This document shows, piece after piece, positions 18,564 through 28,055 of a stretch of DNA of 64,000 bases. The translations under genes and the position numbers were made by a program. The DNA is taken from positions 678 to 64,677 of the forward strand of contig JBDHIS010000014.1 in the NCBI GenBank assembly GCA_039587315.1. The letters run 5' to 3'. Source of the stretch: Gemmatimonadota bacterium. Its GTDB lineage: Bacteria > Gemmatimonadota > Gemmatimonadetes > Gemmatimonadales > GWC2-71-9. The notes below the pieces were generated by a model. The model ran no database searches, was not told where the DNA came from, and worked only from the letters and a program-made list of their open reading frames with translations. Position 1 is the stretch's first letter; each line of letters opens with the position of its first letter.

Positions 18564-20243
18564 CTACCTGAACGGACCCAGCACGGCTCCGTCCACGGTC
18601 TCGGGGAAGCCGACTCCGGCCAGGTACGCAAGAGTCGGAGCGACATCGATGGTTCGCGCCGCCCCCGTGAACACACCGGGCTCGACTCCCGTTCCGAGAA
18701 GCAGGATCGGCACTTCGCGATCGTACCGGTATGCCGACCCGTGGGTTGAGCGCGCCGACCACAGACCGTAGTTCTCGACGTACTCCACCATCACGCCGAA
18801 CGCCGCCGGATGTCTCGGCCCGACTGCGCCGCCGTAGATCATCTCCCGCGTCCAAAGGGGATAGGTGGTCGTGCGCCCCGGCATGTAGGCATTCCTGTAT
18901 GCACTCAACAGACCGTCGGCGGACCCGGTCGCGGCAAGCTCCGCGGCGGTCATCGCCCTCGCGACGAAGTCGGCCTGCTCGAGCTCGTTCGCTATGAGGT
19001 CCGGCAGGCCCTCCTCCGGCCCGGCATACCCTCGCACAACTCGATCGACACGAGCGAGTAGAGCCTCGACCTCGCCGTCGCCCACCCGGCGCCCGGCGCG
19101 CCCCTGCTCGAGATCGTACTCCACAACGTTGGGAGCTCCGTGGTCAGCCGAGATCACGACCACGTAGTTACCCCTGCCGATCGCTTCGTCGAGAAACTCG
19201 AGAAACGTTCCGAGTTCGCGATCGATACGGAGCACGTTGTCCAGCTGCTCCAGACTGTGGGGACCGTAGTCGTGCCCGATCCGGTCCACCGTCTTGACGG
19301 CGATGGTCAACAGATCGGGGACCTCGTCCTGGCCCAACGACAGCGACTCGACGGCCTGTCGTGCAAGCGCGAACAGAGCCTCGTTCTGCCCCGGACTGTA
19401 GTTGTAGAACCAGCGGTTGAACGCCACGGAATCGGCTTCCGTGGAGGGCCTCCCCAGTTGATCCTCGAACCGATGAGGGAAGGTCGTGTGCTGGCCGTCG
19501 CCCTCGAAGGGGTTCTCGTCGGCCCGCGCCAGGTGCCGGTACTCCTGTGGCACCGAGCTCTCCCACACCCTCGCTTCCATGTGTTGCGGCAGCTGGTCTT
19601 CGTTGAAACGGCGCACCCAGTCCGGATACTCATCCCGATAGTAGGTCGTGGTGATGAACTTGCCGAGCGACGACGCGAGCCAGTACACGTGATTTCGCTC
19701 GGACGGGCCCTCGGTCAGCCCACCGTACGTGACGGCGAGAGCAGGCCCCGTGCTCAGAGCAACGGTCTTCGCTTCGGGGTGCGCGCCTCGAAACCAGTCT
19801 GCGATGCCGCTGACCCGGATGTGGAGCGGCGAGGCACCCCACTGATCTGGGTGGTCCACGACGGCGTGATCCGGATCCACCATCGCGAGGGTCCTTTGCG
19901 GCTCACCATCCTCCGTCAGCGAGAACCACGCATTCGACACGATCCCGTGCGTGCGGGGATGAGCTCCAGTCGCGAGCGTCGTGTGGCCCGGCCACGACAG
20001 CGTGGGCGCGTGGTCGACGAGCGCGCGGTCCACCCGCAGCCCCTCATCCTTCAGCCTGCGGAAACCGCCCGTGAAGGCCTCGTCATATCGTTCCAGGTAG
20101 TCCGAGCGGAACTGATCGATCCCGATCATCACGGCGAGCTTCGGCGCATCGCCCCCACCAGATGACGAGCACGCCGTGCACAGCACCATCGCGGCGCCCA
20201 CCAGGAGGACCCTGCGCGGGTACACGCACACTGAGCGCTTCAC
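18564..20243 (-). CDS. alkaline phosphatase superfamily protein (PafA/NPP-like), putative lipoprotein
   Basis: IDQFRSDYL, TLSWPGHTTLATG, DRIGHDYGP, SADHG, THGS. Confidence 0.88.
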   Translation of the reverse strand: MKRSVCVYPRRVLLVGAAMVLCTACSSSGGGDAPKLAVMIGIDQFRSDYLERYDEAFTGGFRRLKDEGLRVDRALVDHAPTLSWPGHTTLATGAHPRTHGIVSNAWFSLTEDGEPQRTLAMVDPDHAVVDHPDQWGASPLHIRVSGIADWFRGAHPEAKTVALSTGPALAVTYGGLTEGPSERNHVYWLASSLGKFITTTYYRDEYPDWVRRFNEDQLPQHMEARVWESSVPQEYRHLARADENPFEGDGQHTTFPHRFEDQLGRPSTEADSVAFNRWFYNYSPGQNEALFALARQAVESLSLGQDEVPDLLTIAVKTVDRIGHDYGPHSLEQLDNVLRIDRELGTFLEFLDEAIGRGNYVVVISADHGAPNVVEYDLEQGRAGRRVGDGEVEALLARVDRVVRGYAGPEEGLPDLIANELEQADFVARAMTAAELAATGSADGLLSAYRNAYMPGRTTTYPLWTREMIYGGAVGPRHPAAFGVMVEYVENYGLWSARSTHGSAYRYDREVPILLLGTGVEPGVFTGAARTIDVAPTLAYLAGVGFPETVDGAVLGPFR

Positions 20244-21427
20244 TGCGAATCCCGTTGGCCCGTTTCCTCGGCGACCAGTTGCGCCAGCTCCAGCAGCATC
20301 CGTCCGGGAGACATCTCCAGCCGTGGGAAGTCGCTGGAGTTGATCTGCACGGCCACGGCGATCCCGTAATCGGGGAAGTACGCCATCTCGGTCAGGTAGC
20401 CCGGGAAGAAACCACTGTGACCCCAGCTCGTGCCGAGCGGGGTGGTTCGGACGATGACTCCCAATCCGTACTCAGCGCCGGGCCCCAACCGGGCCGGAAC
20501 CGCTTCCAGCATTACGGGCAACATCGACGGATCGAATGCCCTGCCCTCGTACAGCGCCATGGCCCAGCGCGCCAGATCCTCGGACGTGGACGCGATTCCG
20601 CCTCCGGTCCACTCGAACTGCGGGTTGATGACGAACTCGCCGTCGACGATCACTTGATCGGGAACTCCGAGGGGATTCCCCACACCGGCATACCCCTGCA
20701 CCAGGCCGGGAACGCGGCGGGAGTTCGACGGCACGGTGTTCTCGAGCGCCAGCGGATCGAGCACCCGGCGCTGCATCTCGTCGTAATACGTGTTTCCGGT
20801 CAGCCGCTCGATGATCATCCCGAGGATTATGTAGTTGGTGTCGGAGTAGTCCCACCCCTCGCCGGCTGGAAACGGAGCTTCCGTGTCGAACAGGTACGCG
20901 AGCTGTTCCTCAGGCCGCCACACCCGGTCCGGATCGGCCAGCAAGTCCACGAGAAACTGGTCGTTGAACTCGTAGCGGATTATCCCGCTCGTGTGGTTCA
21001 TGAGCTGTCGTATGGTGATGTCCGCATGGTTGGGCAATCGCGTGTACCATGGCTCATCGCCGAGGTAGTGCGATACCGGCGCGTCGAGGTCGAGCAGTCC
21101 CTCGTACACCAGCTGCATGGCAACAGCCGCCACATAGGTCTTTCCGACGCTGCCCTGGAGCAGTCTGCTCGACTCCGTCATCTCGACGCCCAGAAGCGTG
21201 TCTGCTACACCGGCAGCGAGCGCGAACACGGTGCCGTCCGCCAGCACGACACCTGCGGTAGCGCCCGGCGCGCCGCTCCCCGCCTGTAGCTGGGCCAGCC
21301 TCGACTCGAGCCTCCGCTGGAGCCGTGCATTGTCGACCTCCTGAGACTGCTGCGCTTCCAGAGCCGCAATCGAAATGAGCAATCCGATCGCGGGAAGGCC
21401 GGCCCTAATGAGTGATCTCGCCATCAT
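20240..21427 (-). CDS. secreted serine hydrolase, beta-lactamase/D-Ala-peptidase family
   Basis: SVGK (SxxK), YSD (YxN-equivalent), HSG; signal peptide. Confidence 0.88.
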   Translation of the reverse strand: MMARSLIRAGLPAIGLLISIAALEAQQSQEVDNARLQRRLESRLAQLQAGSGAPGATAGVVLADGTVFALAAGVADTLLGVEMTESSRLLQGSVGKTYVAAVAMQLVYEGLLDLDAPVSHYLGDEPWYTRLPNHADITIRQLMNHTSGIIRYEFNDQFLVDLLADPDRVWRPEEQLAYLFDTEAPFPAGEGWDYSDTNYIILGMIIERLTGNTYYDEMQRRVLDPLALENTVPSNSRRVPGLVQGYAGVGNPLGVPDQVIVDGEFVINPQFEWTGGGIASTSEDLARWAMALYEGRAFDPSMLPVMLEAVPARLGPGAEYGLGVIVRTTPLGTSWGHSGFFPGYLTEMAYFPDYGIAVAVQINSSDFPRLEMSPGRMLLELAQLVAEETGQRDSQ

Positions 21428-21455
21428 CTCTCACTCCTGGTGTTCGCGCCGGTCA

Positions 21456-23294
21456 TCAACGTGCACCGTCCACGATACCGTACTCCGCAACAGCCCGAAT
21501 GGCCGGCAGATCATCGATCCTGGGCTCTCTTATCGTCAAGCTCACGAATCCCGTTCCGGGAGGCCCGCCGTAGCTCTTGACCCATGCTGCGGCCCGCCCG
21601 TTCTCGTCCTCGGCCAGCACCTCGATGCCGTCCGATGCGTCGATCGAGAGCCAACTCACCCAGGACGGTGGAACGCCCCAGGCATGCCCCGTCTCGGTCG
21701 CCGCCGCACCGTAGAAGTCGAAGTTGAGGCTCGAGTGGTCCACCCCCAGAAGCGCAGTGGGCCACGCGCGGTCCAATCCTACGAACCCGCCGCTCTCCGG
21801 ATCGCGTTCGATCAGGGCTGGTTGCAGTCCGAGCCACACCACCTTGCCGCCGGCATCGAGATAGCGCCGAAAGAGAGTCGTATCGGAGGGTTCGGCGGCG
21901 ACGACTGCTGGAAGGTGGTCCATTGCGAACACGACCACGCTGGGAACGCCATCGGCGAGACGCGCCAGAAGGAAACCGGCCAGCGCATCCGAATCAAGCA
22001 CCTCATACCCCTGCTGCTCCAGGTAGCGCCGCGTCTCCACGTCCGAAGCATAGTAGCTGAAGTCGGTAAGTTCCTCGTCCCAGAACACGGCTCGCCGCGC
22101 GAGCTGCCCCTCGCCGTGCAGCGCGTACACGTTGCCGTCGTCGCTGCCGAAGAAGACGACGCCGTCGGACACGACCGGGCTGGAATAGATGCCGAGTCCG
22201 ACCTGGTAGCTCCATAACTGCTCGCCGGTCTCCCGATCCAGCGCTTGCAGGTAACCACCACCGTCACCGATGTAGACGGTACTCCCGACGACGACCGGAG
22301 AAGACCAGGTGTACCCCGCTGCCGAGAACCGCCATAGCTCATCGCCGGAGGCCGCGTCCAGGGCGTGAACGAACGACCCATCGGAGGTTCCGCTGTATAC
22401 CCTGCCACCCACCACCGCGGGGGAGGACATCGCCCAGGAGCCCTCGTGATCGGCTCGCCATCTGCGCTCGCCGGTCGCCTGGTCCAGCGAGTAGAGATAA
22501 CCGTCGCGAGAGCCCACGTAGACCGCACCGGCGACTACCGTCGGCGGGGTGATGATCGACTTCCGGTCCACGCCCAGGTCGGCGGAGTGGAGCGACGCCC
22601 CGTCGGTCTCGTGCGTCCAGCGCACTTCCCCCGAGAGCAGATCTGCCGCGTACACCACTCCGTCGGTGCTGCCAACGAACACCGTTCCATCGGCAACCGC
22701 CGGTGTGGAGCGGATCCGCCCCCCGGTCGGCAACCGCCACAGCTCCCCGCCGCTCTCGAGCTCGAGGGCATAGAGGACGCCGTCGCCGGCACCAAACAGA
22801 ACGGTCGTGTCGACAACGACCGGAGAGGAGGTGTACACGTCCCAGCCTTCGAATCCCCACTCCCACGGGATCAACTCCCCCGTCTCGTGCCTCCAGCGCT
22901 GCGCGCCACTCCTGGCGTCAAGTGCGAAGAAGGCTCCGTCACGGGAGCCGAAAACGACCAGCCCGCGCGCCACCGCAGGAGACGAGTTGACGGGGCCGCC
23001 CGCGTCGAACCGCCAGCGCTCGGAGCCGCTCGCCCGGTCCAGTGCGTAGAGGTTTCCGTCGCCGCTACCGACGAACACAGCGTCTCCCACCACCGCCGCA
23101 GTGGAGCGGACCGGCCCCCCGGTCTCGAACCGCCACAGCTCGCCGCCGAGTTGGTCCACGCCCGTGGTCCGATAGACTCCGCTGTGCTCAGGATCGCCGC
23201 GGAACATCACGGCATCGTGTGATGGCGTGGGCCCGCTGCAGGCAGCGCAGTAGCAGGCCAGCGCCAGCGACGGCATCCGGAATCCGAGCTTCAT
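21456..23294 (-). CDS. PQQ-binding-like beta-propeller (BamB-like) lipoprotein with extra C-terminal domain
   Basis: About 8 repeats of S(S/T)PxV..GSxDGxxYALD..GxxxW; AAC lipobox. Confidence 0.85.
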   Translation of the reverse strand: MKLGFRMPSLALACYCAACSGPTPSHDAVMFRGDPEHSGVYRTTGVDQLGGELWRFETGGPVRSTAAVVGDAVFVGSGDGNLYALDRASGSERWRFDAGGPVNSSPAVARGLVVFGSRDGAFFALDARSGAQRWRHETGELIPWEWGFEGWDVYTSSPVVVDTTVLFGAGDGVLYALELESGGELWRLPTGGRIRSTPAVADGTVFVGSTDGVVYAADLLSGEVRWTHETDGASLHSADLGVDRKSIITPPTVVAGAVYVGSRDGYLYSLDQATGERRWRADHEGSWAMSSPAVVGGRVYSGTSDGSFVHALDAASGDELWRFSAAGYTWSSPVVVGSTVYIGDGGGYLQALDRETGEQLWSYQVGLGIYSSPVVSDGVVFFGSDDGNVYALHGEGQLARRAVFWDEELTDFSYYASDVETRRYLEQQGYEVLDSDALAGFLLARLADGVPSVVVFAMDHLPAVVAAEPSDTTLFRRYLDAGGKVVWLGLQPALIERDPESGGFVGLDRAWPTALLGVDHSSLNFDFYGAAATETGHAWGVPPSWVSWLSIDASDGIEVLAEDENGRAAAWVKSYGGPPGTGFVSLTIREPRIDDLPAIRAVAEYGIVDGAR

Positions 23295-23414
23295 CTCACT
23301 CCTCCCCTGCGTGATCGCGCTGGGTCCCACCGAGCTGTTACCACCCCGTCTCTCCAGCCTAAACCCCGGAGGGGACCTGCAGGTTGCGCTCCCTCAAGCC
23401 GCGGCGGTGCTGCC

Positions 23415-25775
23415 CTAGAACCCCTCGTGTTCGGTCCGGGCGATGATCTCGTTCTGGAGCTCGACGGAGAGATCGCAGAAGTAGTCGCTGTAGCCGGCGA
23501 CGCGTACGATGAGGTCCCTGTGGGACGCCGGGTCGTCCTGGGCCTCCCGCAGCGTCTCGGCGCTGACCACGTTGAACTGCATGTGGTGGCCGTCGAGCTT
23601 GAAGTAGGAGCGAACCAACCCGGCGACGCTTGTCAGGCCCTCTTCACCGGCCAGGAGGGAGGGTGTGAACTTCATGTTGAGCAGCGTTCCACCCGTCTTG
23701 ATATGGTCCATCTTGGCGGCCGACTTCACCACCGCGGTGGGGCCCTTGCGGTCGGTCCCTTGCACCGGCGAGATCCCCTCGGACAGAGGCAGCCCCGCCT
23801 TGCGCCCGTCCGGCATGGCGCCGGTCACCGAGCCGAAGTACACGTGTGACGTGGTCGGCAGCATTTCCAACCGGTACGCGCCGCCGCGGGCAGTAGGACG
23901 CCCGTCTATCATGTCGAATAGAGCTTCGAAGACACTGACCATCAGATCGTCGGCCGCATCGTCGTCGTTGCCGTACTTGGGCGTCTTGTTGACCAGCCAT
24001 TGGCGCAGCGGCTCCGACTTCGCAAAATCCTGATCGAGGGCCGCCACCAGCTCCCTCAGTGTGAGGCTGGACTCATCGAAGACTACACTCCGGATCGCGG
24101 CGAGGCTGTCCGTGACGCTTCCGATTCCGACTGCCTGAATGAAGCTGTTGTTGTAGCGCGCCCCTCCGGCGTTGTAGTCCTTGCCGTTCTGGATGCAGTC
24201 GTCGATCAAGACAGACAGGAACGGGGCCGGCATCTCGGTGGCGTAGATCCGCTCTATGACCTGGTTCCCGCGGATCTTCATGTCTATGAAGTGACGCAGT
24301 TGTTGCAGGAACGCGTCGAAGAGTTGCTCGAAGCTCTCGAACGACGCCGGAACGCCGGTCTGCAGACCCAGTTGCTCACCGGTGCGGGGATCTACGCCGT
24401 CGTGCAGTGTCAGCTCCAGGATCTTCACGAGGTTGAAATATCCCGTCAGGATGTAGGCTTCCTTGCCGAACGCTCCTACCTCGACGCATCCCGAGCAGCC
24501 GCCCGCCCGCGCGTCCTCCACGGACTTGCCCTGTCGAATCTGCTCCTCCACCACGGCGTCGGCGTTGAACACCGAGGGAAAGCCATACCCCTTGCTGATC
24601 ACGCGCAGGGCGTGCCTCAGAAATGCTTCCGGGCTCTTGCGCGACAGCTGGATGTTCGAGGACGGCTGCAGCAGGTGCATCTCATCCACGATGTCCAGTA
24701 GAATGTGCGACACCGCGTTGGAACCATCGGAGCCATCGGCTAGAAGCCCCCCCAGATTGATGTTCGCAAAATCGGTATACGTACCGCTCTCCGCCGCCGT
24801 AACGCCCACTTTCGGTGGAGACGTGTGGTTGTTGAACTTGACGAAGAACGCCTCGAGCAGCTCACGCGCACTGTCCTCGGTGAGCGTACCCTCCTCGAGC
24901 CCCTTCTCGTAGAACGGCAACAGGTGTTGATCCAGATGCCCGGGACTGAAAGCGTCCCAGCCGTTCAGCTCAGTTATCACTCCCAGGTGACAGAACCAGT
25001 AGTACTGCAGCGCCTCTTGAAAATCGCGTGGCGCGTTCGCCGGCACGTGGCGGCAAGTCTCCGCGATCTTGAGGAGCTCGGCCTTGCGATGGCCGTCCTT
25101 TTCCGTCTTCGCGCGCCACTCCGCCAGCTCGGCATGCCGCTCGGCAAACAGGATCACCGCATCACAGGCGATGTCCATGCCCCGCAGCGCTTCCCTCTTG
25201 TCGAGTGCCTCCGGATCCGCCGCGTAGTCGAGCCGCGCCAACGCATCGGCGATGTCCCGCTTGAAGTCGAGCATCCCCATGCTGTAGATCTTGTCGTCCA
25301 GCACGGTGTGCCCAGGCGCCCGCTGCTCCATGAACTCCGTGAAGACTCCCGCCTCGTACGCCTTGTGCCATTCATCCGGCAGCGCGGCGAAGATCCGGTC
25401 CCGCAGCGACCTGCCTCGCCAGAACGGTACGATCTCTTCCTCGTAGACGGTGAGGCACTCCTCGGGCACTGCGTAGCTCGTCTTGGGCCTGGAGTCGAGA
25501 ATCCGCAGGTCCTCGAGGCTGTGGCAGGTGAGCTCCGGGAACGTCGGGACCGACTTGGGTTTGGGGCCCCGCTCGCCGACGATCAACTCGTCGTCTCCCA
25601 GATACAGCGTCTTGTTCTCGCACAGATGGCGGAACGCCAACGCCCGCATCACCGGCGCCGAGTGCTTGCCCAGTTCATCGCCGTAGAACGAGGTCATCAA
25701 CTCGGCCCGCTCGCTGGATATCGACGGGATAGCCTCCAGGGTCCCACACCGCAGTCGCTGAGTTCGCTCGTTCAT
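23415..25775 (-). CDS. hypD: glycyl radical enzyme, trans-4-hydroxy-L-proline dehydratase type
   Basis: RVAGYS glycyl loop and SGCVE Cys loop; HypD-type motifs as I recall them: FMEQRAPGHT, WDAF, ESGTYTDF, LTGY, MLPTT. Confidence 0.85.
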   Translation of the reverse strand: MNERTQRLRCGTLEAIPSISSERAELMTSFYGDELGKHSAPVMRALAFRHLCENKTLYLGDDELIVGERGPKPKSVPTFPELTCHSLEDLRILDSRPKTSYAVPEECLTVYEEEIVPFWRGRSLRDRIFAALPDEWHKAYEAGVFTEFMEQRAPGHTVLDDKIYSMGMLDFKRDIADALARLDYAADPEALDKREALRGMDIACDAVILFAERHAELAEWRAKTEKDGHRKAELLKIAETCRHVPANAPRDFQEALQYYWFCHLGVITELNGWDAFSPGHLDQHLLPFYEKGLEEGTLTEDSARELLEAFFVKFNNHTSPPKVGVTAAESGTYTDFANINLGGLLADGSDGSNAVSHILLDIVDEMHLLQPSSNIQLSRKSPEAFLRHALRVISKGYGFPSVFNADAVVEEQIRQGKSVEDARAGGCSGCVEVGAFGKEAYILTGYFNLVKILELTLHDGVDPRTGEQLGLQTGVPASFESFEQLFDAFLQQLRHFIDMKIRGNQVIERIYATEMPAPFLSVLIDDCIQNGKDYNAGGARYNNSFIQAVGIGSVTDSLAAIRSVVFDESSLTLRELVAALDQDFAKSEPLRQWLVNKTPKYGNDDDAADDLMVSVFEALFDMIDGRPTARGGAYRLEMLPTTSHVYFGSVTGAMPDGRKAGLPLSEGISPVQGTDRKGPTAVVKSAAKMDHIKTGGTLLNMKFTPSLLAGEEGLTSVAGLVRSYFKLDGHHMQFNVVSAETLREAQDDPASHRDLIVRVAGYSDYFCDLSVELQNEIIARTEHEGF

Positions 25776-25776
25776 C

Positions 25777-26685
25777 TCAGGCCCCTATCGTCGCGAGCAC
25801 ACCGGCGTCTTCGACCACCGCCGCCAGCTCCTGCAGGCGCACTTCCGAGGGCGACCTCAGGTCGCTCATCCCGGCCGGCTGTCCCACGTTGTCCCGCTTC
25901 CCGTTGCCCATGGGGTGGTAGGGCAACAGGCTCACGCGACGCACCGCCGGAATCGAGGCAGCGAGCTTGCCGGTCACCGCGAAGTTCTCCGTGCAGTCGT
26001 TCACTCCCGGAATGACCGGCACCCGCAGCCAGATGGCTCCGTGCTCCCGGCCCAACGCCTCCAGATTCTCGAGGATGCGCTGGTTGGACACGCCGGTGTA
26101 CTTGCGGTGGACCTCGTCGTCGGTTGCCTTGATATCGTACAGGAAGAGATCGGTCAGGGGCGCCACCGAGAGAAGTGCCGCCCGCGGCGCGTGGCCGCAC
26201 GTGTCCACGGCCGTATGGATGCCCTCGGCCTTGCATGCATCCAGAGCGGCCAGCAGGAACCCGGCCTGACTCAGCGGCTCGCCGCCGGAGAACGTGACTC
26301 CGCCGCCCGACTCGTCGTAGAAGACCCGGTCCTTGAGCACCTCGGCCAAGACCTCGTCCACCGTCATGCTGTGGCCGACTACCTGGCGCGCCTCGGTGGG
26401 GCAGACACCGACGCAGGTACCGCAGACCGTGCAGTCCGCCCGGTTGCCCGCGAACCCCGTCCCGTCGCCGCTGGGCAGGTCCCGTGGACAGGCCTCAACA
26501 CACTCGCCACACCGGATGCACCGGTTCCCGACTATCACGACCTCAGGCTCGAACGACATGCCCTCGGGGTTGTGACACCAGGCGCACGCCAGCGGGCAGC
26601 CCTTCAGGAAGACGGTGGTCCGAATCCCGGGGCCATCGTGCAGCGAGAATCGCTGGATGTTGAAGACCGTGCCCTGCTCCGCCAT
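25777..26685 (-). CDS. glycyl-radical enzyme activating enzyme (radical SAM with ferredoxin insert)
   Basis: HDGPGIRT, GCPLACAWCHNPE, two CxxCxxCxxxCP motifs, SGGEP; directly upstream of the GRE. Confidence 0.95.
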   Translation of the reverse strand: MAEQGTVFNIQRFSLHDGPGIRTTVFLKGCPLACAWCHNPEGMSFEPEVVIVGNRCIRCGECVEACPRDLPSGDGTGFAGNRADCTVCGTCVGVCPTEARQVVGHSMTVDEVLAEVLKDRVFYDESGGGVTFSGGEPLSQAGFLLAALDACKAEGIHTAVDTCGHAPRAALLSVAPLTDLFLYDIKATDDEVHRKYTGVSNQRILENLEALGREHGAIWLRVPVIPGVNDCTENFAVTGKLAASIPAVRRVSLLPYHPMGNGKRDNVGQPAGMSDLRSPSEVRLQELAAVVEDAGVLATIGA

Positions 26686-26773
26686 CAACCCATTCCCATG
26701 CAAACGCTGCGGCCGGGGAGGAGCGGCCGAGAAGGCACCGGCCGGGAGTCGGGACCCGGCCGGACGCTTATGG

Positions 26774-26802
26774 AATATGACTCACTCGGGTTTCGTTGTC
26801 AG
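26774..26802 (-). promoter_or_regulatory. putative sigma70 promoter for the activase-hypD operon
   Basis: Minus strand CTGACA-N17-CATATT about 90 nt upstream of ATG 26685; a 9-bp GC hairpin (26738-26763) lies in the predicted leader. Confidence 0.4.
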
Positions 26803-26821
26803 GGGGGACGGGGGCCGGGCC

Positions 26822-28054
26822 TCAGCCCCCTGCGGTCGTACCTTTCATCAGCTCATACAGCTGCACGTGCTGGACGTCCAGCTCGTCGCGCCAGATGCCG
26901 AGCACGAAGTCCTCGCCGATCTCGGTGACCTCGAGGCCGGCTGGCGTCGTGACACTGCCCAGCATGCGCCCCGAGCCGTCGAACACGACCCACTCGGAGG
27001 GAGCGTCGCCGTCGAGTTGGTAATCCCGAACCCAGAGGTTCCCGGCGGCATCCACCACCAGGTCCTCGTAGACCGGCATCGTCTCCGGCACCGGCATCGC
27101 CTCGAGGCGCTGTCTGGCTTCCTGCTCGTTCTCTCCCTCGTCCAGCTCCTGGAGTCGCCGTTCGATGAAACGCTCTAAATCGGCCTCCGTGACACGCCGG
27201 CTCGGCCTGTCGAGCCGGATGAGACGGACCAGCTCGCCGGTCTTCTCGTGGCACTCGATCTCGTACGAGTCGCCCGACCCGAAGAAGAACTGCGTGCCGT
27301 GCACTGCCCTTGCAGGCATGCGCCCGAAGGGCGGCGTCGTAACGGCCACGAAGCGATTGCCGCTTCCACTGCCCGTGCGAATGAACTGGTCCGGTCCCGG
27401 GAACTCCCCAATGCTGTCCGCCAACTCGCCAGTGTTCGAGTAGGTGTGGAACACCTCGGGCTTGCGACTCATCCCGTCACCGAAGCCACCCGCGAAGATG
27501 AGCGGAGAGCGCGCCAGTACCGTGCCGTCTGAGAATGCGTCCGTGCCGATCACGAATCCCATCTCGCCCATGGGCTGGATCTGGAACGAGCGGCCGAACT
27601 CTCCTTCCGAGTCGAATATCGAGACGCGGACCAGCGAGTAGTCGTAGGCGAGCAGCGAGTCGCCCGGATAGGGCCTGAGCCAGCCGAGACCCTCGAATTC
27701 ACCCGGCCCACTGCCCTTGCCTCCGGACGTCAGCAGGTAAGCACCTTGGTCGTCAAAGAACCTCAACTCACCAGAGCCGGCGTCGGCGATGACGATACGG
27801 CCGTCTCTCATGCGGCGCGCGTCCCGGGCATCGAACAGCTGGTACTCGGGAGCGCCCTCGAGGACTCCGATACGCACGGATGGCTCCTGCGCCAAACGCC
27901 AGGCGTCCCCGTCCATCCACGATCCGCGCCGGCTGACCGCGATCTCTATGCCCGCGGAGTCGCTCACGGTGAAACCCGCTCCCGCGCCGTCCCCACCCAC
28001 GCAGCCCGCCAACATCGCCATGGTGGCAACCACCATCACACTTGCACTTCTCAT
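26822..28054 (-). CDS. 6-bladed beta-propeller lipoprotein
   Basis: LAGC lipobox; GxGPGEF, DSLLAYD, DAAGNLWVR, DELDVQHV. Confidence 0.8.
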   Translation of the reverse strand: MRSASVMVVATMAMLAGCVGGDGAGAGFTVSDSAGIEIAVSRRGSWMDGDAWRLAQEPSVRIGVLEGAPEYQLFDARDARRMRDGRIVIADAGSGELRFFDDQGAYLLTSGGKGSGPGEFEGLGWLRPYPGDSLLAYDYSLVRVSIFDSEGEFGRSFQIQPMGEMGFVIGTDAFSDGTVLARSPLIFAGGFGDGMSRKPEVFHTYSNTGELADSIGEFPGPDQFIRTGSGSGNRFVAVTTPPFGRMPARAVHGTQFFFGSGDSYEIECHEKTGELVRLIRLDRPSRRVTEADLERFIERRLQELDEGENEQEARQRLEAMPVPETMPVYEDLVVDAAGNLWVRDYQLDGDAPSEWVVFDGSGRMLGSVTTPAGLEVTEIGEDFVLGIWRDELDVQHVQLYELMKGTTAGG

Positions 28055-28055
28055 C

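Noticed and set aside
22100-23200. Periodic repeats as a CRISPR or DNA repeat array
   Set aside because: They are degenerate protein-level beta-propeller blades within one ORF.
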